In this document: positions 7,130 through 16,442 of the stretch, in pieces
Layout of the letters: each line of letters begins with the position of its first letter
How positions within the stretch are numbered: the stretch's first letter is position 1
Origin: Actinomycetota bacterium
GTDB taxonomy: Bacteria > Actinomycetota > Actinomycetes > S36-B12 > UBA5976
DNA: 32,743 nucleotides
Direction of reading: 5' to 3'
Assembly (NCBI GenBank): GCA_947373075.1
Contig: CANBWF010000002.1
Span: forward strand, 1 to 32,743
The notes under the pieces: generated by a model
What the model was told of the DNA's origin: nothing
The model's database searches: none
The model's input: only the letters and a program-made list of their open reading frames with translations
Made by a program: the position numbers and the translations under genes

Positions 7130-8962
7130 ATGCCAATTCTGTCAGCATTTCGACGATCACTAGAGCTACTAAATAAGAAGGACCATCGCAAACTCTATTT
7201 TGCAATGGGCACTCAGATTGTTATCTCTCTCTTTGACACAGTCGGAGTTTTACTGATTGGCCTCATAACTTACATAGCAACCGCTTCTTCAAAAGGAAGC
7301 AAGCTGCCGGCTTCTGTAGAGAAGGTGTTAAACCTACTAGGGCTTGAAAATACTTCCGGTAACAACTTGTTAGGCACGCTAGGCGCGATTGCACTCGTAA
7401 TGTTTATCGTTCGCAGTTTCCTTGCACCACTACTGCTTCGTCGGATTCTGAAATTCTTAACTGGTCGTAGTGCACAAATTTCCGGCGAAATTACTCAGGT
7501 TTTTTTCAGTCAGTCACTTAAAGAAGTGCACTGGGAAACAAGTCAACGAATTACTTTTGCATTAGGTTCAGGAATCAGCGCCACTATCAGCGACACCCTG
7601 GGCGCCTCAGTAATTATCGTCGCTGAAACTTCTCTATTGGTAATGCTCAGCACACTGCTCTTGGTTCTAGATCCAGCGGTAACTATATTTACTTTGCTTT
7701 ATTTTGCAGTGGTCATGTTCATAATCCAATCGGTACTGGGTCGCTGGTCAGCCCGAGCTTCGAAAGCAAAATTCGCAGCTGACATTGGTGGTCTTGCAGC
7801 AATCCAAGAATTGGTTTCTTCCTACCGCGAGATTTTTATTGGAGACCACATACATTTCTATGTAGATAAATTTGGTGGAATCCGAAGAGGCGGAGCAGCT
7901 GCCCAAGCAAATTTGCAGCTCATCAATTACATCCCAAAATATGCTTTGGAAGCCTCACTCGTAGTCGGCGCGAGCTTACTTACTGTTTATGAATTCATTA
8001 CCAAGAGCCCGAGCGCCGCTGTATCTACTTTGGTACTTTTCATGACAGCAGCGTCCCGCATGTTCCCATCATTACTGCGCATTCAAGGCTCAGCCACTTC
8101 TATCAGATCAGCAGCCTCTGCGGCCAAGTACACAACTCAGGTAATTGACATGCTCAAGGCTCGCGGCGCTTTCCCTTATGATGAAACAGCTTTGAACGAC
8201 CCAAACAAGACAACTCCTGCTGCACCATTTGTCGCCAGAGTCTGCGTTAAAGATGTTGACTTTAGATACGACACAACAGGTGAACTAATTATTGACAATG
8301 CATCGTTAGACATTGAACCAGGAATGTTTGTTGCTTTAGTAGGCCCAACTGGCTCTGGAAAGTCCACCCTGGTAGATCTACTACTTGGGGTGAGTGAACC
8401 GCAATCTGGCTTAATCACTATTGGCGGTGTTTCCCCTCGAGAAGCCATAAAACTATGGCCTGGACAACTAGGTTACGTTCCACAATCAGTGGCCATGGCA
8501 GATGCATCAGTACGGGAAAACATTGCGCTAGGTGTGAAAAAATCTCTGATTGATGACGATAAGGTTTGGGAAGTTTTGGAACGAGTCCGACTTGCTGACA
8601 CTTTGCGCGAAGCACGTGAAGGTTTAGATACTGAAGTTGGAGAACGCGGTCTGCGATTTAGCGGTGGCCAACGCCAGCGGCTTGGTCTAGCCCGGGCACT
8701 ATTTACCGATCCAAGTTTGCTAGTCCTAGATGAAGCAACCAGCGCACTCGATGCCGAGACCGAACAAGCAGTTAGCCAAGCCATCGACGAATTGGGCTCT
8801 AGTGTTACTCGCATAACAATTGCACATCGTCTGGCTACTGTCATGCATGCAGACAAAGTGATTTACCTTGATGCGGGGCGCATTGTGGCAAGTGGAAAGT
8901 TTGATGAGGTGCGAAATCTTGTCCCCGAATTTGATCAACAGGCAAAACTACTTGGCCTATAA
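7130..8962 (+). CDS. Fused permease/ATPase ABC exporter (MsbA/PglK-like type I exporter)
   Basis: About 330 aa of N-terminal multi-helix TMD. Walker A GPTGSGKST, ABC signature FSGGQRQRLGLARAL, Walker B LLVLDEATSALD, H-loop IAHRL. Confidence 0.9.
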   Translation: MPILSAFRRSLELLNKKDHRKLYFAMGTQIVISLFDTVGVLLIGLITYIATASSKGSKLPASVEKVLNLLGLENTSGNNLLGTLGAIALVMFIVRSFLAPLLLRRILKFLTGRSAQISGEITQVFFSQSLKEVHWETSQRITFALGSGISATISDTLGASVIIVAETSLLVMLSTLLLVLDPAVTIFTLLYFAVVMFIIQSVLGRWSARASKAKFAADIGGLAAIQELVSSYREIFIGDHIHFYVDKFGGIRRGGAAAQANLQLINYIPKYALEASLVVGASLLTVYEFITKSPSAAVSTLVLFMTAASRMFPSLLRIQGSATSIRSAASAAKYTTQVIDMLKARGAFPYDETALNDPNKTTPAAPFVARVCVKDVDFRYDTTGELIIDNASLDIEPGMFVALVGPTGSGKSTLVDLLLGVSEPQSGLITIGGVSPREAIKLWPGQLGYVPQSVAMADASVRENIALGVKKSLIDDDKVWEVLERVRLADTLREAREGLDTEVGERGLRFSGGQRQRLGLARALFTDPSLLVLDEATSALDAETEQAVSQAIDELGSSVTRITIAHRLATVMHADKVIYLDAGRIVASGKFDEVRNLVPEFDQQAKLLGL

Positions 8963-9036
8963 ACCTGCGGTTCTAGTGAATTAAGAAAGCAAACGGAATT
9001 GACACACAATTGAGGTGGCATAGAGCCTCTTTGTCG

Positions 9037-11238
9037 CTAATCGATTAACACGTCTTGGATGCCTTGCTTATCCAATGCTTTTCCTAGGAATGGAGCAATT
9101 TTTGCACTAACCGAGGGCACTAAGTGAGTTCCGTCAAAAGTTGTTGGGGTGTTTCCGATTACTGCCGGACATAACACCTTACGGTCGCTTGGAGCGCACA
9201 ATGCATCACTGATATCCAAGTATCCAGTTTTGTAGCGAATTATTATTTCCCGCTGGACTTTGTCGAGTGGACCAAGAGAACTTGTAATTGGAGTACATTT
9301 CGCAAGGGAGTTAGTCCCGCCCAAACACTTAGTCAAGTTAGGAAACTTAGGAGTATCAGCAATAACAACTACATACTTACTAGCTGCTGAAATTCGAGGC
9401 ATGACCTTTAAGTACGCTACTCGATACTCCTCTGCACTCGCAGCAGAGTCCACGCCGTCATTAAGCAAAGTTAAGTCTGGCTTCACACGTTCTAGATACC
9501 TAAGCGTTTGCTCTCGATGTTTAGCACAGCGAGCATTTTTAGCACTAATTTTGCTTGGAGTTAAAACTGGGACCGGACAGCTCGGCATTGCTAGGAGCGT
9601 TATGTTCCATTTCTTTGGATCCAGACTGCCAACTATTGCCGGCCACAGCATACGTGCATGACTGTCGCCCAATACAACCGCTGTATGTGCAGTTTTAGGA
9701 TTGGCAGCTAGCGACTCACAGACGCTGGAAATTGTCGCCGCATCCTGGCGCTGGCCAGAACATTGGCTAAAACCACCGGTTCTGGCCAGAGCGGGTAACT
9801 GGGAAATTGATGGCTTCAGCTCTGTCGGCAACTTTGTGAACTCTAAAGATTTAGCCACCAATTTTTGCCACGCAAGTTGATCGGCAGACGTTTGTCCATT
9901 GACACTCGGGAAATCCGCATTACTTGATGGATCGGGACCAAATTGACCTGCCGACGACGGTGGAGTCCAAGCCGTTGTTTGGGTATTGGCGGCCGGATAA
10001 AGCAGGAACATCAAGAAGCCCGCAAGACCCAATGCAATCGAACCTGTGCGCCAAGAGGACTGCTGCACATGTGGGCGCATCGCCGTGCGCATCTTGAGAC
10101 GCTCTAATTTCGGCAACGGAATTCTCTTGACAGATTCTTCAATCAGCCAATAGCTTGCGGAGCTAATTAGCACTGTTAACGAGAGCAATAGCATTCTCTT
10201 GGGCACGGTGTCTAGATAACCAAGAGGTGCACCAAATACAACCAGCGGCCAATGCCAGAGGTACAGCGAATACGAAATTGCTCCGATTGCAGTTAAACCG
10301 CGTAACGACAAAAAGCGATCAACGAGATCGGGCTTTTCTTGTCCAGCACCAGTAAGCAAGAGAAAACCAGTAGCCGCTACCGGTAAAAACAGCGTGTAGC
10401 CAAAGTTTGCAGGTGATACGACCAAAAGTGAGATAAACAAGGCACCTAGCGAGATCGCGCGAAGTGGGACCAGCACATTTCCGAGACGACTCTTGATAGT
10501 TTGAAAATCAACCAAACTCAAAAGGCCGCCAAGAATTAGTTCCCAAATGCGCCCGAACGTTGAGAAATAAGCTGAATCTGGATTCTTGCCAAACTCAAAA
10601 ACAAGCCAAAGGGCAGACAAAATGCTGGCGAGGCCGAAAAATACCATCATGCGTCGCTTCCACAACGCTGGATCGCCCTTCATCGCTATCATTCGATGCA
10701 TGTTTCCGGCGAACAAGAAGAACATTGGCCAAATTAAGTAAAACTGTTCTTCAATGGCAAGTGTCCAATAATGCTGTAGCGGAGATGCCGACAATGTTGG
10801 TCCGAAATAATCAACCGCTTGGTGTATGAAATTTATGTTCGATGCAAATAAGAAAGTCCAAACAGAATCTGACTTTATTTGTGCTGCTTGGTTTGAATCA
10901 AGTTTAAGATACGCATAAAGATTGATCGCGAATAAAACCAAAAAAGCCGCCGGGAATATTCGGCGAACTCGTTTCAAATAAAAATTGGACATTGAAATTC
11001 GTCCAGGTTTGAACGGATCCGTTTTAGATTCACTAAATTCCCGATACAAAATTCCAGTAATCAGATAACCAGAAATTACAAAGAATATGTCTGGACCGAT
11101 AAATCCGCCAGAGAACCCTGGTATTTCAAAATGGAACAAGAGAATCATTAATACGGCTATCGCACGAAGTCCTGCAATGTCGTAGCGAAAATTAGGCCGT
11201 AAAGTTCTATGCTTTAGTCGCTCTAGCAACGTAGTCAT
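9037..11238 (-). CDS. Acyltransferase-3 (OafA/OatA-like) membrane O-acyltransferase fused to a C-terminal SGNH-type domain
   Basis: AT3 N-terminus (YDIAGLRAIAVLMILLFHF, multiple TM helices, YSLYLWHWP). A further TM segment follows, then an extracytoplasmic domain with SGNH block I (VVLGDSHARMLW). Confidence 0.85.
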   Translation of the reverse strand: MTTLLERLKHRTLRPNFRYDIAGLRAIAVLMILLFHFEIPGFSGGFIGPDIFFVISGYLITGILYREFSESKTDPFKPGRISMSNFYLKRVRRIFPAAFLVLFAINLYAYLKLDSNQAAQIKSDSVWTFLFASNINFIHQAVDYFGPTLSASPLQHYWTLAIEEQFYLIWPMFFLFAGNMHRMIAMKGDPALWKRRMMVFFGLASILSALWLVFEFGKNPDSAYFSTFGRIWELILGGLLSLVDFQTIKSRLGNVLVPLRAISLGALFISLLVVSPANFGYTLFLPVAATGFLLLTGAGQEKPDLVDRFLSLRGLTAIGAISYSLYLWHWPLVVFGAPLGYLDTVPKRMLLLSLTVLISSASYWLIEESVKRIPLPKLERLKMRTAMRPHVQQSSWRTGSIALGLAGFLMFLLYPAANTQTTAWTPPSSAGQFGPDPSSNADFPSVNGQTSADQLAWQKLVAKSLEFTKLPTELKPSISQLPALARTGGFSQCSGQRQDAATISSVCESLAANPKTAHTAVVLGDSHARMLWPAIVGSLDPKKWNITLLAMPSCPVPVLTPSKISAKNARCAKHREQTLRYLERVKPDLTLLNDGVDSAASAEEYRVAYLKVMPRISAASKYVVVIADTPKFPNLTKCLGGTNSLAKCTPITSSLGPLDKVQREIIIRYKTGYLDISDALCAPSDRKVLCPAVIGNTPTTFDGTHLVPSVSAKIAPFLGKALDKQGIQDVLID

Positions 11239-11349
11239 AGATGAAACTCCTTAGTCAAGGCTCTCTACCTAGCTCCGCGGCTGATCACTTGCCAATCGTA
11301 CCTCAACCACGAAACCAGATTTTCAAGTCTTATACCCAAATTTCTGGCG

Positions 11350-13842
11350 TTATCCTCGTAAAACTGCCCCAAATTTATTCGAAGCAGCCAAAACTGCAGC
11401 AGTTCGGGCGCTGGCAACCTCATCTGCTGACAAAGTGCGGTCGGATGAGCGGAAACGAAGGGCAAAAGCAAGTGATTGATGCCCTTCTGGGATTGGCGAC
11501 CCAGTGTAGATGTCGAAGAGTTTTACATCCTCTAGCAGCTCGCCAGCCGCTTCAGTAATGCAGGCAAGCAAGTCGGCAACAGCAATGTCATTGGCCACCA
11601 CAAGTGCGATGTCTTCTTTGGCAACCGGATAAGTCCAAATCTGTGGTGCTGCTGGTGTTGTGTTTGCTAATGCCATCAATTCATCTAAATTGATTTCAAA
11701 AGCTACCGAGCGCGTCGGCAATCCAGTTGCTGCAGTAACTCGTGGTGACAATTCACCAGCAAGCCCAATTACTACATCGCCAGATTTGATAAGCGCGCAC
11801 CGTCCTGGATGCCAAGGTGCCACATCCGATGGCTGTACCTGTACCTGAATTCCTAACTCGGTAGCAAGCGCCAACACAATTTCAATCGCATCACGCCAAG
11901 TAGCAGCAGGGCTACTTCCCCACCAACCTGAGGTCTGGATAGCACCGGTTATGACTGCGCCAATATGCGTTGGCTGATTTGGAACTAGTGCTTGCAATTT
12001 TGCTATTTCGTCTTGATTTGGTTTCGCCAAAACTGATGGTCGAGGAACTTCCGAGCTACTTGCAACAGCAAAGCTCACACTCGCGATTTCAAACAGCGGT
12101 ACATCAGAAAAACCTCTAGAGGTATTGCGGTTTACCGCAGAAACGAGACCAGGAAGCAAGGTGGAGCGCATTAAAGGCTGCTCGTCGGATAGGGGGTTCG
12201 CTAGCTTTACCGTATTACGGCGAACATCATCGGAGGCAATAGATAGATCGTTCAATTCGTTTTCGCCCATGAATGGGTAATTACGCACTTCAACGAGTCC
12301 ACGACCCGCAAGAAATACGCCAACTCGCCTACGAAGCTTCTGTGCATCAGTTAGACCGCGACCATTTGGCGCAGTTGGCAAGCTTGTTGGAACTTTGTCA
12401 TACCCATCGATACGAATGACTTCTTCAACCAAATCAATTGGACTCGAAAGATCTGGACGCCATGATGGAGCCTTAACCTGCCAAGTTGAATCAGCGTCAT
12501 TAAGCTCACACCCTAGCGATCGCAGAATGTTCGCAATATTTTCATTTTCGTAAGTGTGCCCAGAAATTCTGGCAGTTAGCTGCGGATCGAAAGCAATTAG
12601 CTCAGCGTCTGGAGCTGTTTCAACTGCTGTAGTTCCGGCATACGTTGCGCCACCATGTTCAATTAACAACTGTGCTGCTCGAGCACTGGCAACTGGCGGA
12701 ATCATCCGATCAACGCCGCGTTCAAACCTCCGGGAAGACTCGCTTGAAAGTTTGTGACGGCGACTCATGCGAGCGACAACTACTGAATCGAAATGTGCTG
12801 CTTCAATGACGATTCGAGTAGTTGTGTCAGAAATTTCAGAACTTGATCCGCCCATAGTTCCAGCTAGCGAAAGCGCACCTGAATCATCGGCGATAACTAA
12901 ATCATCTGGGTCGAGAGTACGAGAAACATGGTCAAGAGTTTCTAGAGTTTCGCCGGCATTTGCCCGACGAGCAGTGATTGCACCAGAAATTTTGTCTGCA
13001 TCAAAGGCGTGTAGCGGTTGGCCAAGTTCGAACATCACATAATTCGTGACATCAACAGCCAGCGAAATCGATCGCACTCCTACAGCGGCTAGGCGAGACT
13101 TAATGAAACCTGGCGTTGGTGCACTTGGATCAAAGTTTGCAAGTGTGCGTAAAACTAAGAGATCGCAAGCAGCTTTGTCAGAACTTGCTGCCTGTAGTGC
13201 GTCTCCAGTAGCCACGGGAAGGTCCGCAAGTTGATCAGCTGGGTCTGCAAACTCAACACCCGCAGCGATTGCTGCTTCGCGGGCAATACCGCGCAGACTT
13301 AGTGCGTAACCACGATCTGGAGTTACGGCGACTTCTAGAACTTCATCGCCCAATCCAAGAATTGGGAATGCATCTGCGCCAACTTCGGCACTTCCTGCAT
13401 CAAGAATGATGATGCCTGAATGGTCATCGCCTAAACCAAGCTCGCGCGCACTGCATAACATGCCATCAGAAATATGGCCGTAAGTTTCGCGAGTAGCAAT
13501 AGTGAAATCACCAGGCAAAGTTGTGCCAGAAAGGGCTACAACAACTAAGTCGCCTTCACTGAAATTACGGGCGCCACAGACGATGCCACGAATACCCGGA
13601 GTCTCGGCAGCACCCAATGCTTGCCCAACTTCAACTTGGCACCAGCGGATAGGTTTTTTGAATTCGGTTAATTCTTCAATTGATTGAACTCGACCTACAA
13701 CTAATTGGCCACGAACATCTCCAACAGTTTCAACGCCTTCTACTTCGAAGCCAACTGAAAGCAATAATGCCGCCACATCACGGCCGGACATTTCGTTTGG
13801 CAGGGCAACATAGTCGCGCAACCAAGACACAGGAACGCGCAT
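11350..13842 (-). CDS. pheT: Phenylalanine--tRNA ligase beta subunit
   Basis: 830 aa. N-terminus [12 protein letters not shown], tRNA-binding, B3/4 and B5 domain order, immediately downstream of pheS. The ATG shares 1 nt with the pheS TAA (TAATG). Confidence 0.95.
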   Translation of the reverse strand: MRVPVSWLRDYVALPNEMSGRDVAALLLSVGFEVEGVETVGDVRGQLVVGRVQSIEELTEFKKPIRWCQVEVGQALGAAETPGIRGIVCGARNFSEGDLVVVALSGTTLPGDFTIATRETYGHISDGMLCSARELGLGDDHSGIIILDAGSAEVGADAFPILGLGDEVLEVAVTPDRGYALSLRGIAREAAIAAGVEFADPADQLADLPVATGDALQAASSDKAACDLLVLRTLANFDPSAPTPGFIKSRLAAVGVRSISLAVDVTNYVMFELGQPLHAFDADKISGAITARRANAGETLETLDHVSRTLDPDDLVIADDSGALSLAGTMGGSSSEISDTTTRIVIEAAHFDSVVVARMSRRHKLSSESSRRFERGVDRMIPPVASARAAQLLIEHGGATYAGTTAVETAPDAELIAFDPQLTARISGHTYENENIANILRSLGCELNDADSTWQVKAPSWRPDLSSPIDLVEEVIRIDGYDKVPTSLPTAPNGRGLTDAQKLRRRVGVFLAGRGLVEVRNYPFMGENELNDLSIASDDVRRNTVKLANPLSDEQPLMRSTLLPGLVSAVNRNTSRGFSDVPLFEIASVSFAVASSSEVPRPSVLAKPNQDEIAKLQALVPNQPTHIGAVITGAIQTSGWWGSSPAATWRDAIEIVLALATELGIQVQVQPSDVAPWHPGRCALIKSGDVVIGLAGELSPRVTAATGLPTRSVAFEINLDELMALANTTPAAPQIWTYPVAKEDIALVVANDIAVADLLACITEAAGELLEDVKLFDIYTGSPIPEGHQSLAFALRFRSSDRTLSADEVASARTAAVLAASNKFGAVLRG

Positions 13843-14951
13843 TAGCCACCCAACCCAAAAGCTCGAGTGAAACGAATGTCGCCTTCAACCATGTCGCGCA
13901 TGTCGGTGATGCCGTGACGGAACATGAGTGTTCGTTCTAGCCCCATGCCAAAAGCAAAGCCGGTGTAAACATCTGGATCGATTCCACAGGCAACCAAAAC
14001 TTTCGGATTCACCATGCCACAACCGCCCCATTCGATCCAACCTTCACTTCGGCAGGTTCGACACGGCGCACTTGGATTATCAACTGATGCACCTCGGCAA
14101 GCGAAGCACTGCAAATCAACTTCAGCTGAAGGTTCGGTAAATGGGAAATAAGACGGACGCAAACGCGTGACAATGCCAGCACCGAACATAGTTTGGGCAA
14201 AGTGATCAAGAGTTCCCTTTAAGTCCGCCATCGTGATGCCCTTGTCGATAACAAGCGCCTCAACCTGGTGGAAAACTGGTGAGTGAGTTGCATCTAACTC
14301 GTCTGTGCGGAACACCCGACCAGGGCAAACTACATAAATCGGTAATTCGCGATTAAGCATTGAACGAATCTGCACTGGCGATGTATGAGTACGAAGAACT
14401 AAACCTGAATCTTCGTGCTCTACGAAAAAAGTATCTTGCATAGTGCGCGCGGGGTGGTTTGGCGCAATATTTAGCGCATCGAAATTGAACCATTCGGCTT
14501 CAATTTCTGGACCTTCAGCAAGTTCATAACCCAATGCAAGGAAAACATCTGTGATCTGTTCCTGGATTGTGGTCAATGGGTGCCTTGAACCACGAAGCGA
14601 GAGTTCTGAAACAGCGGTTACGTCGACCGTCTCAGTCAGCAGGATCTGTTCATCGCGCTTAGCTTCAAGTTCGGCTGTCTTGACTTCAAGAGCTTGATTA
14701 ACTGCGCCGCGGGCTTGTCCCATACGCTTACCAGCTTCAGCTTTGGCAGCTGGGGGCAAGGCGCCAATTTCTCGGTTAGCCAAAGCCAACGGTGAACGGT
14801 CCCCTGTGTGCAGAAGGCGAACTGCCTTAAGTTCATCCAAATCACTAGCATTTGCAATAGCGTCTAGGGCTGCTGTGACCTGCTGATCTAAGTAAACAGG
14901 TGCCAAAGTGCTGACCTCAACTGGGTCAAACGACTTATTCGGGGCTGACAC
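13842..14951 (-). CDS. pheS: Phenylalanine--tRNA ligase alpha subunit
   Basis: Class II aaRS motifs ([31 protein letters not shown]). GTG start with AGGAG 7 nt upstream. Confidence 0.95.
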   Translation of the reverse strand: MSAPNKSFDPVEVSTLAPVYLDQQVTAALDAIANASDLDELKAVRLLHTGDRSPLALANREIGALPPAAKAEAGKRMGQARGAVNQALEVKTAELEAKRDEQILLTETVDVTAVSELSLRGSRHPLTTIQEQITDVFLALGYELAEGPEIEAEWFNFDALNIAPNHPARTMQDTFFVEHEDSGLVLRTHTSPVQIRSMLNRELPIYVVCPGRVFRTDELDATHSPVFHQVEALVIDKGITMADLKGTLDHFAQTMFGAGIVTRLRPSYFPFTEPSAEVDLQCFACRGASVDNPSAPCRTCRSEGWIEWGGCGMVNPKVLVACGIDPDVYTGFAFGMGLERTLMFRHGITDMRDMVEGDIRFTRAFGLGG

Positions 14952-15000
14952 GAGCTAACTCCTAAGAAAGTGAATTACTCAAGTTTAGTGGGTTATCCGG

Positions 15001-15813
15001 TTACTTTGCGGAGCGCTGGGCGCTGGCGCTGGCATACAGACAGACTGCGGTAGCGGTAGCTAAATTAAGGGATTCGGCTTTGCCATAAATTGGAATAGAA
15101 ACAACTTGATCAACGGCGTCAAGGAGTTCTTGCGGCAAACCCCAAGCTTCATTGCCAAACACCCACAAAGTCGGTTTGGCTAAGTCAACACCGGTGTCGA
15201 AGGATTCGCCGCTTCCGTCTGCAGCGAGAACCTGAAGACCTAATTGGCGGGCCTGAGCGATGATTTCAAACATATCGACTCCCTCAACACATGGGAGGTG
15301 AAAAAGCGAGCCAGCTGTCGAACGGACAACTTTTGGATTCTGCAATTCCACAGAATCTGCGGTGGTCAATACCCCGTCGGCTGCTACGGCATCGGCAACG
15401 CGAATAACTGAACCAGCATTGCCAGGATCGCGAACCGAAGCTAAAGCTACAACGAGTTTGCTATCTGCATTTAATACTTCATCTAGCGCAGCATTCGGAT
15501 TTTTTACAACCGCAACCATGCCCTGCGGAGTAACTGCGCTTGCCAACACTTCAATTACTTCTGCAATCACATAATTGATTTCGATATCCGAATTCTCGGC
15601 AACAGAAACAATGTCTGTGTAACGCTCGGCGGATTCAACTGTAATAAAGAGCTCGCGAACGAGACCTGATGCTATCGCTTCGCGAACTGCCTGCGGACCT
15701 TCAGCAAGAAATGCTTGCTGAGCGCCGCGATACTTGCTTTCTAACAAACGACGTGCGCGCACTACTTTGAGTGCACGCACGTTCGTTTCGACGTTTGTCA
15801 TGTTCTTGGACAT
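15001..15813 (-). CDS. TrmH/SpoU-family RNA 2'-O-methyltransferase
   Basis: SpoU motifs (VRDPGNAGSVIRVADA, LWVFGNEAWGL, ESLNLATATAVCLY). Its position between rplT and pheS is as in other actinobacteria. The ATG shares 1 nt with the rplT TAA. Confidence 0.85.
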   Translation of the reverse strand: MSKNMTNVETNVRALKVVRARRLLESKYRGAQQAFLAEGPQAVREAIASGLVRELFITVESAERYTDIVSVAENSDIEINYVIAEVIEVLASAVTPQGMVAVVKNPNAALDEVLNADSKLVVALASVRDPGNAGSVIRVADAVAADGVLTTADSVELQNPKVVRSTAGSLFHLPCVEGVDMFEIIAQARQLGLQVLAADGSGESFDTGVDLAKPTLWVFGNEAWGLPQELLDAVDQVVSIPIYGKAESLNLATATAVCLYASASAQRSAK

Positions 15814-16175
15814 TAGTCCTTTGGCAGAGCGTTCGCTGCAACCTGAACCAAAGCAGCAAATGTTGCTGGTTCGTTTACGGCTAGTTCGGCCAACATACGA
15901 CGATCTACTTCAACTTCAGCGATCTTTAGACCCTGGATGAAGCGGTTGTAAGTGAGACCGTTTGCGCGGGCACCAGCGTTAATGCGCTGAATCCACAACT
16001 TACGGAAATCACCCTTGCGTGTGCGGCGATCCGCATACGCATAGACCATCGAGTGGGTAACCTGCTCTTTTGCCTTACGGTAAAGGCGTGAGCGCTGGCC
16101 ACGATAGCCACTTGCCTGCTCTAAAACTTCACGACGCTTTTTCGCCGCATTAACTGCTCTTTTTACACGTGCCAT
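15813..16175 (-). CDS. rplT: 50S ribosomal protein L20
   Basis: [26 protein letters not shown]... is a canonical L20 sequence. Confidence 0.97.
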   Translation of the reverse strand: MARVKRAVNAAKKRREVLEQASGYRGQRSRLYRKAKEQVTHSMVYAYADRRTRKGDFRKLWIQRINAGARANGLTYNRFIQGLKIAEVEVDRRMLAELAVNEPATFAALVQVAANALPKD

Positions 16176-16203
16176 GATTCATTCTCCTTTTTCATGCTCG
16201 CAA

Positions 16204-16398
16204 TTAGCGGCCGAGTAGTTTCTTTGCCTTCTTGGCATCGCCTGGGGATAAAACCTGATCAACTGAAAGTCGACGTGTGCGCTTACTTGACTTGCTTTCA
16301 AGTAGGTGGCGCTTATTTGCCTGTTCTTTCATTACCTTGCCGGTACCGGTAATCCGGAATCGCTTCTTTGCACCGCTGTGCGTCTTGTTCTTCGGCAT
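16204..16398 (-). CDS. rpmI: 50S ribosomal protein L35
   Basis: [22 protein letters not shown]... is a canonical L35 sequence. Confidence 0.97.
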   Translation of the reverse strand: MPKNKTHSGAKKRFRITGTGKVMKEQANKRHLLESKSSKRTRRLSVDQVLSPGDAKKAKKLLGR

Positions 16399-16442
16399 TG
16401 CCTTTTCTCCTTTTTCCTGGACTTACAAATCTGTGGTGAGTC

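Noticed and set aside
8963-9036. Candidate bidirectional terminator between the convergent ABC exporter and acyltransferase genes
   Set aside because: The only structure is a 4-5-bp stem (GAGGt...gCCTC) with a 10-nt loop, which is too weak to call.
115-11349. Searched the island borders for mobile-element hallmarks (integrase, transposase, tRNA target, flanking direct repeats)
   Set aside because: None was found by eye. The 176-202 hairpin and the 11239-11349 spacer share no repeat, so the region is reported as a flexible island and not as a mobile element.
14952-15000. Possible pheST leader peptide or T-box attenuator
   Set aside because: There are only 49 nt between the trmH stop and the pheS GTG. 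This leaves no room for a leader ORF plus terminator or a T-box.
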